Virus record (IMG/VR): IMGVR_UViG_3300020045_009074
Location: 1 to 46,431 of that record
DNA length: 46,431 bases
Direction: 5' to 3' (one strand)
Source: a virus
Lineage: Duplodnaviria; Caudoviricetes
Positions 8,701-18,004 of the stretch are shown here, piece after piece. Numbering within the stretch: position 1 is the first letter of the stretch; every line of letters begins with the position of its first letter. The position numbers were made by a program, and so were the translations under genes. The notes beneath the pieces are model-generated. The model had not been told where the DNA came from. It ran no database searches and saw nothing but the letters and a program-made list of their open reading frames with translations.

Positions 8701-9050
8701 GGCATCAAATCCTCATTAACAACTTGCGTAATCTCATTCCAAGCGCGCGTAAATCGTTTTTCTGACTCGGGATCAAGCGGCATAGAGTCTACAATGCCAT
8801 AGATGACCTCTAGTGCATTTTCCATTCGATTCACACAGCTTGCGATCGATGGCCTTTGTGGTGGGAGTGAGTCGGTATCGCACAGTTGATTGCATACAGG
8901 GCAACGTCTGTCTTTTGTTTCGCTGTAAGTGCGGCGTGCGACGTATAATCCTGCGGGCTTAACATCAAACATCTTTGCCGCAGTTTGTACGTTTTCATGT
9001 GGGTTAGCGTCTAGCCAATCGAGCGCTTGACGAGTTTTTGATTTATTCAT
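8697..9050 (-). CDS. Putative HTH DNA-binding protein with CxxC
   Basis: VQTAAKMFDVKPAGLY and CPVC. Confidence 0.55.
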   Translation of the reverse strand: MNKSKTRQALDWLDANPHENVQTAAKMFDVKPAGLYVARRTYSETKDRRCPVCNQLCDTDSLPPQRPSIASCVNRMENALEVIYGIVDSMPLDPESEKRFTRAWNEITQVVNEDLMP

Positions 9051-9205
9051 TATTTTTATTATGTTACCAATTAGCCAAATTAACCAAATTCATGTTACGG
9101 CCTTAGCGCAACCGCCAATCAATGCGCCGCAACCTATATTATCGATATTGGTGGTGAGCGCGCCTTTAATTAAGACTGTTTCTGGCCCAAGTATATTTAC
9201 GAGAC

Positions 9206-9469
9206 TTATTCGGCAGTGGGATGCGGTTCTTGATGCTCAGGAGGAATCGTCTGATGAGTAATTGTTACCGTTAAAGTGCCCAAATAACATTTAAGCTGTG
9301 CGAGAAATAGTCCTAAAAATGGAATGCATAAAAGAAGTTTCCAATCGAAAAGGGCAGCAAATGGAATGATTGCTTGTGCTGCGATTGTGGTTGCGTAAAG
9401 CCATTCTAATACTGCATCTAAAAAATTAGTTTTCATTTGTTGTTTCTCAAATTTCATTTCTTTTGTCAT
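9206..9469 (-). CDS. Hypothetical membrane protein
   Basis: Two hydrophobic segments. Confidence 0.5.
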   Translation of the reverse strand: MTKEMKFEKQQMKTNFLDAVLEWLYATTIAAQAIIPFAALFDWKLLLCIPFLGLFLAQLKCYLGTLTVTITHQTIPPEHQEPHPTAE

Positions 9470-9711
9470 TTTGTGCGCTCAATCTCAGAAATTATGTGAA
9501 TAATTTGTTGTTGGTGATCTTTAAGTAAATTGGTCATATAGTCGATGTATCTTTCATCGCTCATAATGCCGCCGTCATTATCTCTACGATGCACGTCTAG
9601 CCAATGCAAATCACCTACACGTTGTTTAAATTGAGCGCTTAAATCGTTGAGAACGTTACCCAATGGTGTGCGATATTCATCTATTGCTATTATTTTATCC
9701 AATTGTTTCAT
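9466..9711 (-). CDS. Hypothetical protein (paralog of 9695-9958)
   Basis: HQQQIIHIISEIER C-terminus. Confidence 0.6.
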   Translation of the reverse strand: MKQLDKIIAIDEYRTPLGNVLNDLSAQFKQRVGDLHWLDVHRRDNDGGIMSDERYIDYMTNLLKDHQQQIIHIISEIERTK

Positions 9712-9958
9712 TCACCCTCTCAAATTCAGAAATAACGACGGCCATTTGTAATTGATGGGCGATTAGGGCGTCTAATAAGTGCTGACGAATTTCTTTTTCG
9801 TCCATCGGATTGCCCAATCTATTTTGATCCCCTGGTTTTGCCAACATGAATTTAAGCCCTAAGTAACTAAGATGGCGGCCGAGATTACATAATGTGCCAT
9901 ATCCAGAAACCTCGCGCCCATTTAGTTTTATATCAATGTCCATTTCATCTCCTCTCAA
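9695..9958 (-). CDS. Hypothetical protein (paralog of 9466-9711)
   Basis: HQLQMAVVISEFER C-terminus. Confidence 0.6.
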   Translation of the reverse strand: MRGDEMDIDIKLNGREVSGYGTLCNLGRHLSYLGLKFMLAKPGDQNRLGNPMDEKEIRQHLLDALIAHQLQMAVVISEFERVNETIG

Positions 9959-10376
9959 AATCCGAACTAACGATCAATTCAGGATCATCAATAATTCGCC
10001 AATGTTGTTTAATTGGTTGCGGTAATGCTTTCTCCATTTTCGGGGGGTTAAGAATTGCATCAATTTTTAATAAAGTATCGATGAATTCTTTTTGCAATCG
10101 ATTGACTTTGGGTATCTCACGAATCTTGTTTAGTTTATCGGGAGGTGCCCATCTGACTTTGCGCGTGGGATTACAAAAATCAAGTGCGGTAATGGCTGGC
10201 GTCTCACGATGCTTGCGAACGTGCGAACAAAATGTAATCGCGCGCTTATAAAGTGATACCCAGGGCATCATCGGCTTTCGAGATTCATTCGCTCGCGCCA
10301 TTGCTGCGAACTCAGCACGGACGGCGTAGAATTTTGGGATGTGGAAAGTTGTGGATAGGCGGTTGATGGATTTCAT
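9945..10376 (-). CDS. Hypothetical basic protein
   Basis: GGAG RBS, 143-aa ORF. Confidence 0.6.
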   Translation of the reverse strand: MKSINRLSTTFHIPKFYAVRAEFAAMARANESRKPMMPWVSLYKRAITFCSHVRKHRETPAITALDFCNPTRKVRWAPPDKLNKIREIPKVNRLQKEFIDTLLKIDAILNPPKMEKALPQPIKQHWRIIDDPELIVSSDFERR

Positions 10377-10417
10377 TTTTACTCCAAATAAATTTGAGGC
10401 GTGGCATCCCTTGAAAA

Positions 10418-10645
10418 TTACCGTTTAATTCTAGATGGTTCGTGCTCATTTTGTTGCGATTCCGCAAGAGATTCCCAAAATATGTGCCATTGAAATATCT
10501 CTCGATCAGCTAAACTCAAAAATGACCCATTGTCGATTGGTTGGTTAGCCATGACCGACAATACGGGTTGCGGTGAATTGGCATTGAGCGCATTAGCCAC
10601 GGATTGTGCATCGTGCGTCATGGCGGCTGATCTGATTGGCAACAT
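10418..10645 (-). CDS. Hypothetical protein (start MLPIRS)
   Basis: GAGAGGGAG RBS before the ATG at 10645. Confidence 0.5.
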   Translation of the reverse strand: MLPIRSAAMTHDAQSVANALNANSPQPVLSVMANQPIDNGSFLSLADREIFQWHIFWESLAESQQNEHEPSRIKR

Positions 10646-10689
10646 GGTTTGCTCCCTCTCCTTGGTTTGTGCTGCGTTAGTATGATTAG

Positions 10690-10717
10690 ATATTATCATA
10701 CCAAATCGGAAGTGCAA
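10690..10717 (-). promoter_or_regulatory. Candidate sigma70 promoter for the reverse cassette
   Basis: Minus strand TTGCAC-N16-TAATAT. Confidence 0.4.
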
Positions 10718-10794
10718 TAGCTTTGACGTAAAAATGATACGTGGGTGTTAAAAAATAATAAATGACTGTTTTTTTGGCAATTTGAAGAAGATTT

Positions 10795-10823
10795 CTCTGC
10801 AAAATCTCTGCAATTACTCTGCA
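10795..10823. repeat. Three CTCTGCA direct repeats with 11-bp period
   Basis: Copies start at 10795, 10806 and 10817. Confidence 0.7.
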
Positions 10824-10959
10824 TTTTTGCAACATTCAACTGCGCCATGTGATTCTTATTTCAACCCAACTCAAAAAAGTCAATACATTTTATGTATTAT
10901 TACAACAAAATAATATTTATTTTCAATTGCCGTTTTTGAGCTAAAAACTAGATTAGATT

Positions 10960-10968
10960 TGATAAAAT
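10960..10968 (+). promoter_or_regulatory. Candidate late promoter (extended -10)
   Basis: TG-A-TAAAAT upstream of the late gene block. Confidence 0.35.
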
Positions 10969-11097
10969 CGACCGTTAGTTAGTACTCACTTACGTGACAA
11001 GTCTTATGGGGACTGGGTTTATGAGTGAATACGAGGTTGTTAAGCTGATTGTGTATATCGTGATCGGGGCATTGATTGGGATATGGAGCGTTAAGAA

Positions 11098-11325
11098 ATG
11101 AGCGAGATCGATAGTGTGTACGCAAGAATTGCATTTGCGATTACTCAGCTTGAAGATGTTGTTCTGGATGAAATTCGGAGCGAAGCGTTATCAATCCTCG
11201 ATAAGGTGCGGATAGTTGAGTTTCTGAATCGCGTCATTAATTTTGAATTGGAATTCAGCATTGATAGAGCCCGCTCGTTAGAGAAAGCTGCAAAAATAAT
11301 CAATAGCGATGTAGAGCAGCGGTAG
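11098..11325 (+). CDS. Hypothetical protein
   Basis: GGAG RBS; 3' end overlaps the tRNA. Confidence 0.5.
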   Translation: MSEIDSVYARIAFAITQLEDVVLDEIRSEALSILDKVRIVEFLNRVINFELEFSIDRARSLEKAAKIINSDVEQR

Positions 11326-11379
11326 CTCGACTGTCTCATAAACAGTAGGTCGGCGGTTCAAATCCGTCCATCGCAACCA
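11305..11379 (+). tRNA. tRNA-Met(CAT), initiator-like
   Basis: AGCGATG/CATCGCA-A-CCA acceptor with 1:72 mismatch; D stem GAGC/GCTC; ACTGT CTCATAA ACAGT; GGCGG TTCAAAT CCGTC. Confidence 0.93.
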
Positions 11380-11517
11380 AAATAAGTGAGAATTTATGAG
11401 TTCGCTGCAAATCGCGGCTATAGGTTGTTTAATCGTGGTCGCAATAACGGTTGTTTTCGTTTGTGGGGTTGAGGTCGGCGAAATAATTTTTGATTCGGTT
11501 ACGATGAATGCTAAAAA

Positions 11518-11838
11518 ATGAGTGAGCTAGATGACCGACGCAAGAAAAACAAGCGTGAGATTTTTGATCGAGCGTGGGAAAAATCTGCACCCATGACGAT
11601 GCATCTTGGCGATGCCGATGTGGTTGAGGGTGTTAGGACATTGATTGATTTCGCGGTTGGCTCTAGAGTTTTATCGGAAATAATTAAGATTTGCCCATTT
11701 GTCAGGCAACTAAACACACGCGGCACGCTCATTTACATCTGCGCGGATGATCCAAATAATGCTGAGCAGCAAGATGCTGTGCGACAAATTGCAGACATTT
11801 GCTTTGGTAATCAGCTTACGTATAAGATCGAGTCATAA
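11518..11838 (+). CDS. Hypothetical protein
   Basis: Operon packing. Confidence 0.6.
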   Translation: MSELDDRRKKNKREIFDRAWEKSAPMTMHLGDADVVEGVRTLIDFAVGSRVLSEIIKICPFVRQLNTRGTLIYICADDPNNAEQQDAVRQIADICFGNQLTYKIES

Positions 11839-12119
11839 TGGACATATTCAGCACTTTGGCTGGCGTTGGGATTGGGGAAATATTTGGGTCTGCGTATCAG
11901 CGTGGTACGTTGCACTCAGCAAGTACCCAGGCGGCGGCTCGCCAATTCGACGAGATGATACAAAACGCAAAACTATCCCAGTTGCGAGATTTAGCCGACC
12001 GCGATGCAGCGCGTAATGGCAATCGGCAAACATGCGCAAACCCAAATTACCGCGATGATGGCGTGATTGACGTTGAGTTTCGCGAGATATGTGACGAATT
12101 AAAATTGATTGATGAATAA
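11838..12119 (+). CDS. Hypothetical protein
   Basis: TAATG coupling. Confidence 0.55.
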   Translation: MDIFSTLAGVGIGEIFGSAYQRGTLHSASTQAAARQFDEMIQNAKLSQLRDLADRDAARNGNRQTCANPNYRDDGVIDVEFREICDELKLIDE

Positions 12120-12333
12120 GCTTAACCCATTGCATTCATTACTCGTGCCGTATGTGCCTAAGCCAAAAATTGTAAAAAACTCACGTGATGAATGGGAATG
12201 TTTTTCACGCAACATCAGCGGCTTTGGTAAAACAGCGCAATTAGCTTTTAAAGATTGGCGTTGGAAATTTGAAACAGCATTGATGGATAAAGCGCGACAG
12301 TCGGTAACTGGTATGCGATTTACAAATTGGTAA
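12109..12333 (+). CDS. Hypothetical protein
   Basis: Overlaps the upstream stop. Confidence 0.55.
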   Translation: MMNKLNPLHSLLVPYVPKPKIVKNSRDEWECFSRNISGFGKTAQLAFKDWRWKFETALMDKARQSVTGMRFTNW

Positions 12334-12362
12334 ATTATTAAATAAGAGTAACGAAATAACTG

Positions 12363-12384
12363 AGCGCCTACGGGCGCTTTTTTT
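12363..12384 (+). terminator. Intrinsic terminator
   Basis: AGCGCC TACG GGCGCT + T-tract. Confidence 0.8.
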
Positions 12385-12403
12385 ATGCCCAATCTAGGTA
12401 GAT

Positions 12404-12952
12404 ATGACCCCCAAGGAAAAGAAGTGTTGCGAAGAATATTTGATCGATCTCAACGTTACGCAATCGGCAATTCGCGCAGGATATAACCCAAGAAGCGCTC
12501 ACGTTGCTGGTAGTCGAGTGTTGTCTAAGCCAGAATGTAAAGCGTATGTGCAATCGGTGATGAATGCGCGTGCTAAACGCACGAACATCGATCAAGACGC
12601 CGTGTTAAACGAGATTGGTAAGTTAGCGTTCAGCGACGTTCGCTCGATATTTGACCAAAACGGCAATTTGTTGCCTGTGCATCTATTGCCTGATGCAGTC
12701 GCTGCGTCTATTTCAAGCATCGATGTTGTTTCATCGCAAAAACCTGGTCGCGATGCTACCGTCATTGAATACACGAGCAAGATCAGATTTTGGGATAAGC
12801 GCGGTAGTTTAGAGTTGTTGGGTAAGCATCTCAAGATGTTTACGGACAAGCACGAGATTACCGGCAAAGACGGCGAAGCTCTAAAAATGGAAGCAACGAT
12901 TACTCTAACCGCCGAAGAAGCGTACAAACGCATGCTCGATGGCGCGTCTTGA
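12404..12952 (+). CDS. terS: Terminase small subunit
   Basis: EEYLIDLNVTQSAIRAGY...DK..LELLGKHL.MF...EITGKDG. Confidence 0.95.
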   Translation: MTPKEKKCCEEYLIDLNVTQSAIRAGYNPRSAHVAGSRVLSKPECKAYVQSVMNARAKRTNIDQDAVLNEIGKLAFSDVRSIFDQNGNLLPVHLLPDAVAASISSIDVVSSQKPGRDATVIEYTSKIRFWDKRGSLELLGKHLKMFTDKHEITGKDGEALKMEATITLTAEEAYKRMLDGAS

Positions 12953-14477
12953 TTGGTTTGATTTCCATGCGCCTGATTATGAGCGCGTGTACGCAACGCG
13001 AGCTGCGCGGTTATTAAAGATTCGCGCTGAGCCGGATTTGGTTGCTGGTCTTAAGCTGCATTACAAGGATAACCCAGTTGATTTTATTACTGACTGGGGC
13101 ATGACGTTTGATCCGCGCAATGCTGAGATTGGATTGCCGACGATCATCCCGTTTGTGCTGTTTGATCGGCAGATTGAGTTTATCGATTGGGTTGTGGCGC
13201 GTTGGCGCGGGCGAGAAGATGGCCTTGCGGAGAAGTCCCGCGACATGGGGGTATCGTGGCTATGCGTTGCGATTGCGGCTTGGATGTGGTTGTTTTATCC
13301 GGGCACTGTTATTGGATTCGGGAGCCGCAAGGAGGAATACGTCGATAAGCTAGGCGATCCAAAGTCACTGTTTTGGAAAGTGCGCCAGTTTATTGATTTG
13401 TTGCCTATTGAGTTTCGGCCAAAGGATTACAACGAGCGCACGCATGCGTTGCATATGCGCATCATCAATCCTGAGACTGGTTCTGCGATTGTCGGGGAGG
13501 CCGGTGACAACATTGGGCGCGGTAACCGTACATCGATCTACTTTAAAGACGAGTCGGCATTCTATGAGCGCGCTGATGCGATTGACGCTGCACTCTCGCA
13601 AACATCGAATTGCAAAATTGATGTGAGCACGCCGAACGGTAACGGCAATGCGTTTTATCGCAAGCGCCACGGCGGCAAGCACAAGGTATTTTCGTTTCGT
13701 TGGACGCAAGACCCACGCAAGGGTCGCGAGTGGTACGAAAAGCAAAAAAACGATCTTGACCCCGTGATCCTCGCGCAAGAGGTTGACATTGATTACAACG
13801 CATCGGTATCTGACGCGTGGATTAGTGGCGAACTCGTAATTACCGCGCAAGATACTAAGCCGGCTGACATCAAAGTTATGGGTGGCTGGATTGTTGGCGT
13901 TGATGCTGCTCACTTCGGCGACGATGAAAGCGTGATCCATTTACGACGCGGGCGCTTGAATTTAGAGCAAGTCGTGCGTCGGCAATTAGATGGCATCCAA
14001 TTAGCAGGCACAGTCGAAGAAGAATGCCGCAGGCTTGAAGCATCGCTGGGTGAAATACACGCGATTGTGATTGAGCTGGATGGTCCAGGTGTGTCGTGTT
14101 ATGACCAATTATGCAATGGCCGTTATCGCAGCCGCGTATTTGGTGTACATACCGGCGCGCGCGAAAGCGATGGTCAAAACTATAACCTGCGCGCAAAGAT
14201 GTGGCGTGCGGCGCGCGACTATTTACGCAACAGCCCGGTGTGCATGTTTGAAGAGCCTGAAATTAGAGCGCAATTGGGCTCAGTGAAGTACAAATTTAAA
14301 GACGGGTTGCTACTGATGCAATCCAAAAAAGAATACAAAAAAGATTTCGGACGCTCACCCGATAGAGCGGATGCGTTTGTTTTAACTTTCGCCGCACCCG
14401 ATAACTACATGGATGATTACGAAGACGATCAGCCATCCAAGTACGCCAACGCACGCAACTCAATAAGCGGATATTAA
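12939..14477 (+). CDS. terL: Terminase large subunit
   Basis: Walker A-like EKSRDMGVSW, Walker B YFKDE, STPNG; nuclease motifs GVDAA.FGDD and SPDRADA. Confidence 0.95.
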   Translation: MARLDWFDFHAPDYERVYATRAARLLKIRAEPDLVAGLKLHYKDNPVDFITDWGMTFDPRNAEIGLPTIIPFVLFDRQIEFIDWVVARWRGREDGLAEKSRDMGVSWLCVAIAAWMWLFYPGTVIGFGSRKEEYVDKLGDPKSLFWKVRQFIDLLPIEFRPKDYNERTHALHMRIINPETGSAIVGEAGDNIGRGNRTSIYFKDESAFYERADAIDAALSQTSNCKIDVSTPNGNGNAFYRKRHGGKHKVFSFRWTQDPRKGREWYEKQKNDLDPVILAQEVDIDYNASVSDAWISGELVITAQDTKPADIKVMGGWIVGVDAAHFGDDESVIHLRRGRLNLEQVVRRQLDGIQLAGTVEEECRRLEASLGEIHAIVIELDGPGVSCYDQLCNGRYRSRVFGVHTGARESDGQNYNLRAKMWRAARDYLRNSPVCMFEEPEIRAQLGSVKYKFKDGLLLMQSKKEYKKDFGRSPDRADAFVLTFAAPDNYMDDYEDDQPSKYANARNSISGY

Positions 14478-16685
14478 ATGATACCAATGCATGATGATGG
14501 TTTGATGGTTGCTGAGGATATGCCGGGCGACGAGTCCGCCAATGATTACGGTGACGATCAACAGTCGCAAGAGCAGTTGCCCGTTGAAAAGCTTATGCAG
14601 TTCATGGATTCAGCCAACATCGCGGCCGATCTCGACAAAGATACGCTCAATAAGATTGGTCAAGAGGTATTGCGCGGTTATGACACCGACAAAGGCACGC
14701 GCGCGGATTGGGAGAAAATGACCAATGCTGCAATGGATTTAGCATTGCAGGTAAGTGAGCCTAAAACGTTTCCTTGGGTTAACGCGGCAAACATTAAATT
14801 CCCACTCATTACCGTTGGTGCAATTCAATTCAGCGCGCGCGCATATCCGCAGATTGTTAAAGGCTCTGAAGTTGTCAAAGGTGAAGTGTGCGGCCCCGAC
14901 GAAACTGGCGAAAAAACAGAGATTGCTAAGCGCATCGGTAATCACATGTCCTACCAATTGCTTGAGCAAATGGAAGAATGGGACGAAGATACCGATAAGC
15001 TATTGCTGCAACTCGCAATCGTAGGCTGCGCGTTTCGTAAAACGTATTTCGATACATCGCTTAATCGCAATTGCTCGGCTCTGGTGTCCGCCAAGGATTT
15101 AGTTTACGATCACAAGGTTAATTTCCTTAATCAGCGTCGTATTACCCAAGAGATTCGGTTATTCAAAAACGAAGTGATTGAGCGCATGCGTTCAGACATC
15201 TTTGTTGAAGTCGAATTTACTGGATCGACGAGTACCAATAGCGAAGAAGACGAACAATTGTTGTTTCTAGAACAGCATTGTTGGTACGATTTGGACAAAG
15301 ATGGTTACAAAGAGCCGTATATTGTCACTGTGCTGCACGAAAGCGGACAAGTTGCGCGCATTACGGCTCGCTATGATGCAGATGGCATTATGCTCAATCG
15401 CCGTGGCGAAGTGGCTCAAATTAACCCTGTCCCGTACTACACAAAATACGCGTTTTTCCCTAACCCTGATGGTGGGTCTTACGATATTGGGCTTGGTATT
15501 TTGCTTAACCCGATCAACGAGGCGGTTAATGCGTTAACCAATCAATTACTCAATGCGGGTACATTGGCGACGACATCAGGCGGATTTATTGGTAATGGAC
15601 TGAAGATCAAGGGCGGCCAAATGACGTTCACGCCAGGCGAATTTAAGCCCGTGGACAACAAAGGCCAAAGCATTGCCGATAATATCTATCATATGCAGTT
15701 CCCAGAGCCATCACGGGTATTGTTTGAGCTGCTTGGAATGTTGATTGACGCTGGCCGCGATATTTCATCGACAAAAGATATTTTGTTGGGTGAAAGCCAA
15801 GGCGCTAACGCATCACCGACCACCACACTCGCTTTAATTGAGCAAGGCCAAAAACTATTCAGCGCGATTTATAAGCGCGTTTATCGCTCGCTAAAACAAG
15901 AATTCAAGAAGCTATTTCGACTCAACAAGTTGTACATGAAGCCTGAAGAATATTTCAGGTTTAATGGCGAGCTCAATAAAGTCGGACTCGACGATTATCA
16001 AAGCGATGAAATGTCGATTGTGCCTGTGGCCGATCCTAACGTTGCTTCGGATGCTCAGACACTCGCTAAAGCTGAAGCGATGATGAAATTTCTTGGCGAT
16101 CCATTCTTTAATCAATACGAATTGCGCCGACGCTATCTCGATGCGTTAAAAGAGAGCGCAATCGACAAGTTATTGATGGAAGAGCCACCCAAACCGCCTC
16201 AAGACCCGAAAGTATTAGAGGCTTTGGGTAAAATGGAGCTCATGAAGCATGAAATGGAGCAGAATATTAAGGAATCTGATGCCAGAATCGATAAAATGGC
16301 CGAAGAGCGCATGAAAATCGTAGTCGATACAGCTAAAACACAAGCTGATACGATATTAGCGTTGGCTCAAGCCGAGGCGCAAGAGATTGGCACACAAATT
16401 CAAGGGTACTTAGCGCAATTGCAAGCGTTAACTACTCAGGCAGATATTAAGGCTCAACAAGCCGCATTAAGCGAGGATTCAGAGGATGGCAATGACGCAG
16501 GAGGAGTATCAGCGATGGGTGGAGAACCCACTAACCCAGAAATTCCACCAATTTCTCCTGGATTGCCGGCAGGAGCTGATGGAGGCATGGGCGTCGGGGG
16601 CATTCCAGAAGGGGGCGGCGGAATCGATAGCGCTGAGCAATACGGAGGCGCTGGCGATGGCGCAATCGTACCTGGAAATAGTTAA
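14478..16685 (+). CDS. Portal protein (P22-like podovirus type)
   Basis: Follows terL; KTFPW.NAAN..FP; long helical C-terminal barrel; size. Confidence 0.9.
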   Translation: MIPMHDDGLMVAEDMPGDESANDYGDDQQSQEQLPVEKLMQFMDSANIAADLDKDTLNKIGQEVLRGYDTDKGTRADWEKMTNAAMDLALQVSEPKTFPWVNAANIKFPLITVGAIQFSARAYPQIVKGSEVVKGEVCGPDETGEKTEIAKRIGNHMSYQLLEQMEEWDEDTDKLLLQLAIVGCAFRKTYFDTSLNRNCSALVSAKDLVYDHKVNFLNQRRITQEIRLFKNEVIERMRSDIFVEVEFTGSTSTNSEEDEQLLFLEQHCWYDLDKDGYKEPYIVTVLHESGQVARITARYDADGIMLNRRGEVAQINPVPYYTKYAFFPNPDGGSYDIGLGILLNPINEAVNALTNQLLNAGTLATTSGGFIGNGLKIKGGQMTFTPGEFKPVDNKGQSIADNIYHMQFPEPSRVLFELLGMLIDAGRDISSTKDILLGESQGANASPTTTLALIEQGQKLFSAIYKRVYRSLKQEFKKLFRLNKLYMKPEEYFRFNGELNKVGLDDYQSDEMSIVPVADPNVASDAQTLAKAEAMMKFLGDPFFNQYELRRRYLDALKESAIDKLLMEEPPKPPQDPKVLEALGKMELMKHEMEQNIKESDARIDKMAEERMKIVVDTAKTQADTILALAQAEAQEIGTQIQGYLAQLQALTTQADIKAQQAALSEDSEDGNDAGGVSAMGGEPTNPEIPPISPGLPAGADGGMGVGGIPEGGGGIDSAEQYGGAGDGAIVPGNS

Positions 16686-16749
16686 TTTAGACGCTGATTC
16701 AATTACTGAGTTTTATGCAAAGTCTCGCATTGTTGCTGATGATGTATAG
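16486..16749 (+). CDS. Small protein overlapping the portal C-terminus in another frame
   Basis: GAGG RBS; MTQEEYQRWVENPLTQKF resembles the small gene usually following such portals. Confidence 0.7.
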   Translation: MAMTQEEYQRWVENPLTQKFHQFLLDCRQELMEAWASGAFQKGAAESIALSNTEALAMAQSYLEIVNLDADSITEFYAKSRIVADDV

Positions 16750-16770
16750 TCGCGGTTTTAGGGAGATTAA

Positions 16771-17469
16771 ATGAAAACGATCCAATTGTTCGATGCAATT
16801 AAAGAAATTGCAGAGAGTGCCTTAGCGCTACAAAATAAAGACGTGATGGATGTTTCATTGCGCAGAATTGTTGCGCTTGTTGATGATGTGCATAACGCTG
16901 ATTTGCATTTTGAAACAATTGGTGGCGTTCCGCGCGAGATTATTGCGAACTGGAACTCACAAGGAGGCGCAATTAGATTCGACACAACAAATTTAGTGCA
17001 TCCTGATGGCGATTTGCATGTTGGCGGGATTCAAGATGTAAAGCTTGAGCCTATTGCAAGTCGTGGTTTGCGTGGTTTTAACGATATGAATGCGCCCGCT
17101 TTATTTGAGAAACAAGATGCAGAATCATCCGAATCAATCGCATTGCCCGTAATTTCGGGAACATCCGAAACAACTGGGTGTTATGAATTCACACATAGTA
17201 ATTTCGTGTTTAATGAGAGTGCATTACATGTGCACCCGAAGATTGCAGGACTTGATAATCTACCCGGAAATGGCCCACATTGGATGTCGGAAATTTCTAA
17301 TCCAGAAAAAACCGGATTATTTATTTCCGAAACGAATCCAGAGGAGTTTTACATTAAACTCGACAAAGAGATTGTCGATGTTTCACGTGAAGCAATTTCG
17401 ATTGATGATCGATTGGAATTGATTGAGGAATTAAAAAAAGAGTGTGATCTGCAAAAAATGGTAATTTAG
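16771..17469 (+). CDS. Hypothetical protein
   Basis: GGGAG RBS, 232 aa. Confidence 0.65.
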   Translation: MKTIQLFDAIKEIAESALALQNKDVMDVSLRRIVALVDDVHNADLHFETIGGVPREIIANWNSQGGAIRFDTTNLVHPDGDLHVGGIQDVKLEPIASRGLRGFNDMNAPALFEKQDAESSESIALPVISGTSETTGCYEFTHSNFVFNESALHVHPKIAGLDNLPGNGPHWMSEISNPEKTGLFISETNPEEFYIKLDKEIVDVSREAISIDDRLELIEELKKECDLQKMVI

Positions 17470-17472
17470 TTA

Positions 17473-17655
17473 ATGGAAAGTAAGCCTATCGATCTAACTG
17501 AGTCCAGCTTAGAAAAGCTTGTTGAGGAATTAATTAAAAATCGTGGGAGAATTTTCCAAAAGCCAACGCATGTTATATACGCTTGGAATCAAGAAGAGGG
17601 TAGGTATTTTTTAAAAGGTTTTACGTCAATTGAAAGAGATAGCGCCAATGAGTGA
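17473..17655 (+). CDS. Hypothetical protein
   Basis: Operon packing. Confidence 0.5.
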   Translation: MESKPIDLTESSLEKLVEELIKNRGRIFQKPTHVIYAWNQEEGRYFLKGFTSIERDSANE

Positions 17656-17998
17656 AGTCAAGCAAATCGTAATGAACGGCAAAGCATGGCAGCCGACTGA
17701 ATTTAAAGTTTTGGTGTTGCCTGATGAGACCGAAGAAACTGACGACGTAATTAAACGTGCGAAGGCTTCTGGTATGGAATTGCCTAAAGAATTTTTGGAA
17801 AAACAACAAGATAAACAGGTTACTGGCACAATCATCGCTGTTGGCGGTCGTGCATTCGAGGATTTTAATGAGCCCAATCTTGTTGTGGGTGCTACCGTCT
17901 ATTACAACCAATGGGCGGGCAAAGTCTGGATCGCGGACGATAAAACTGAGTACCGCTTGATTCTCGACAAAGACATTTCGGCTGTTGCGGTTTATTGA
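17630..17998 (+). CDS. GroES/Cpn10-like co-chaperonin (start likely 17648)
   Basis: QP..FKVLV, SG..LP mobile loop, GTIIAVG, VG..V.Y..WAG, EYRLI.DKDI.AV. Confidence 0.8.
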   Translation: MKEIAPMSEVKQIVMNGKAWQPTEFKVLVLPDETEETDDVIKRAKASGMELPKEFLEKQQDKQVTGTIIAVGGRAFEDFNEPNLVVGATVYYNQWAGKVWIADDKTEYRLILDKDISAVAVY

Positions 17999-18004
17999 AG
18001 CTGT

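Noticed and set aside
11305-11379. tRNA as an attP remnant
   Set aside because: The tRNA is complete, lies in the late region, and no integrase was recognised
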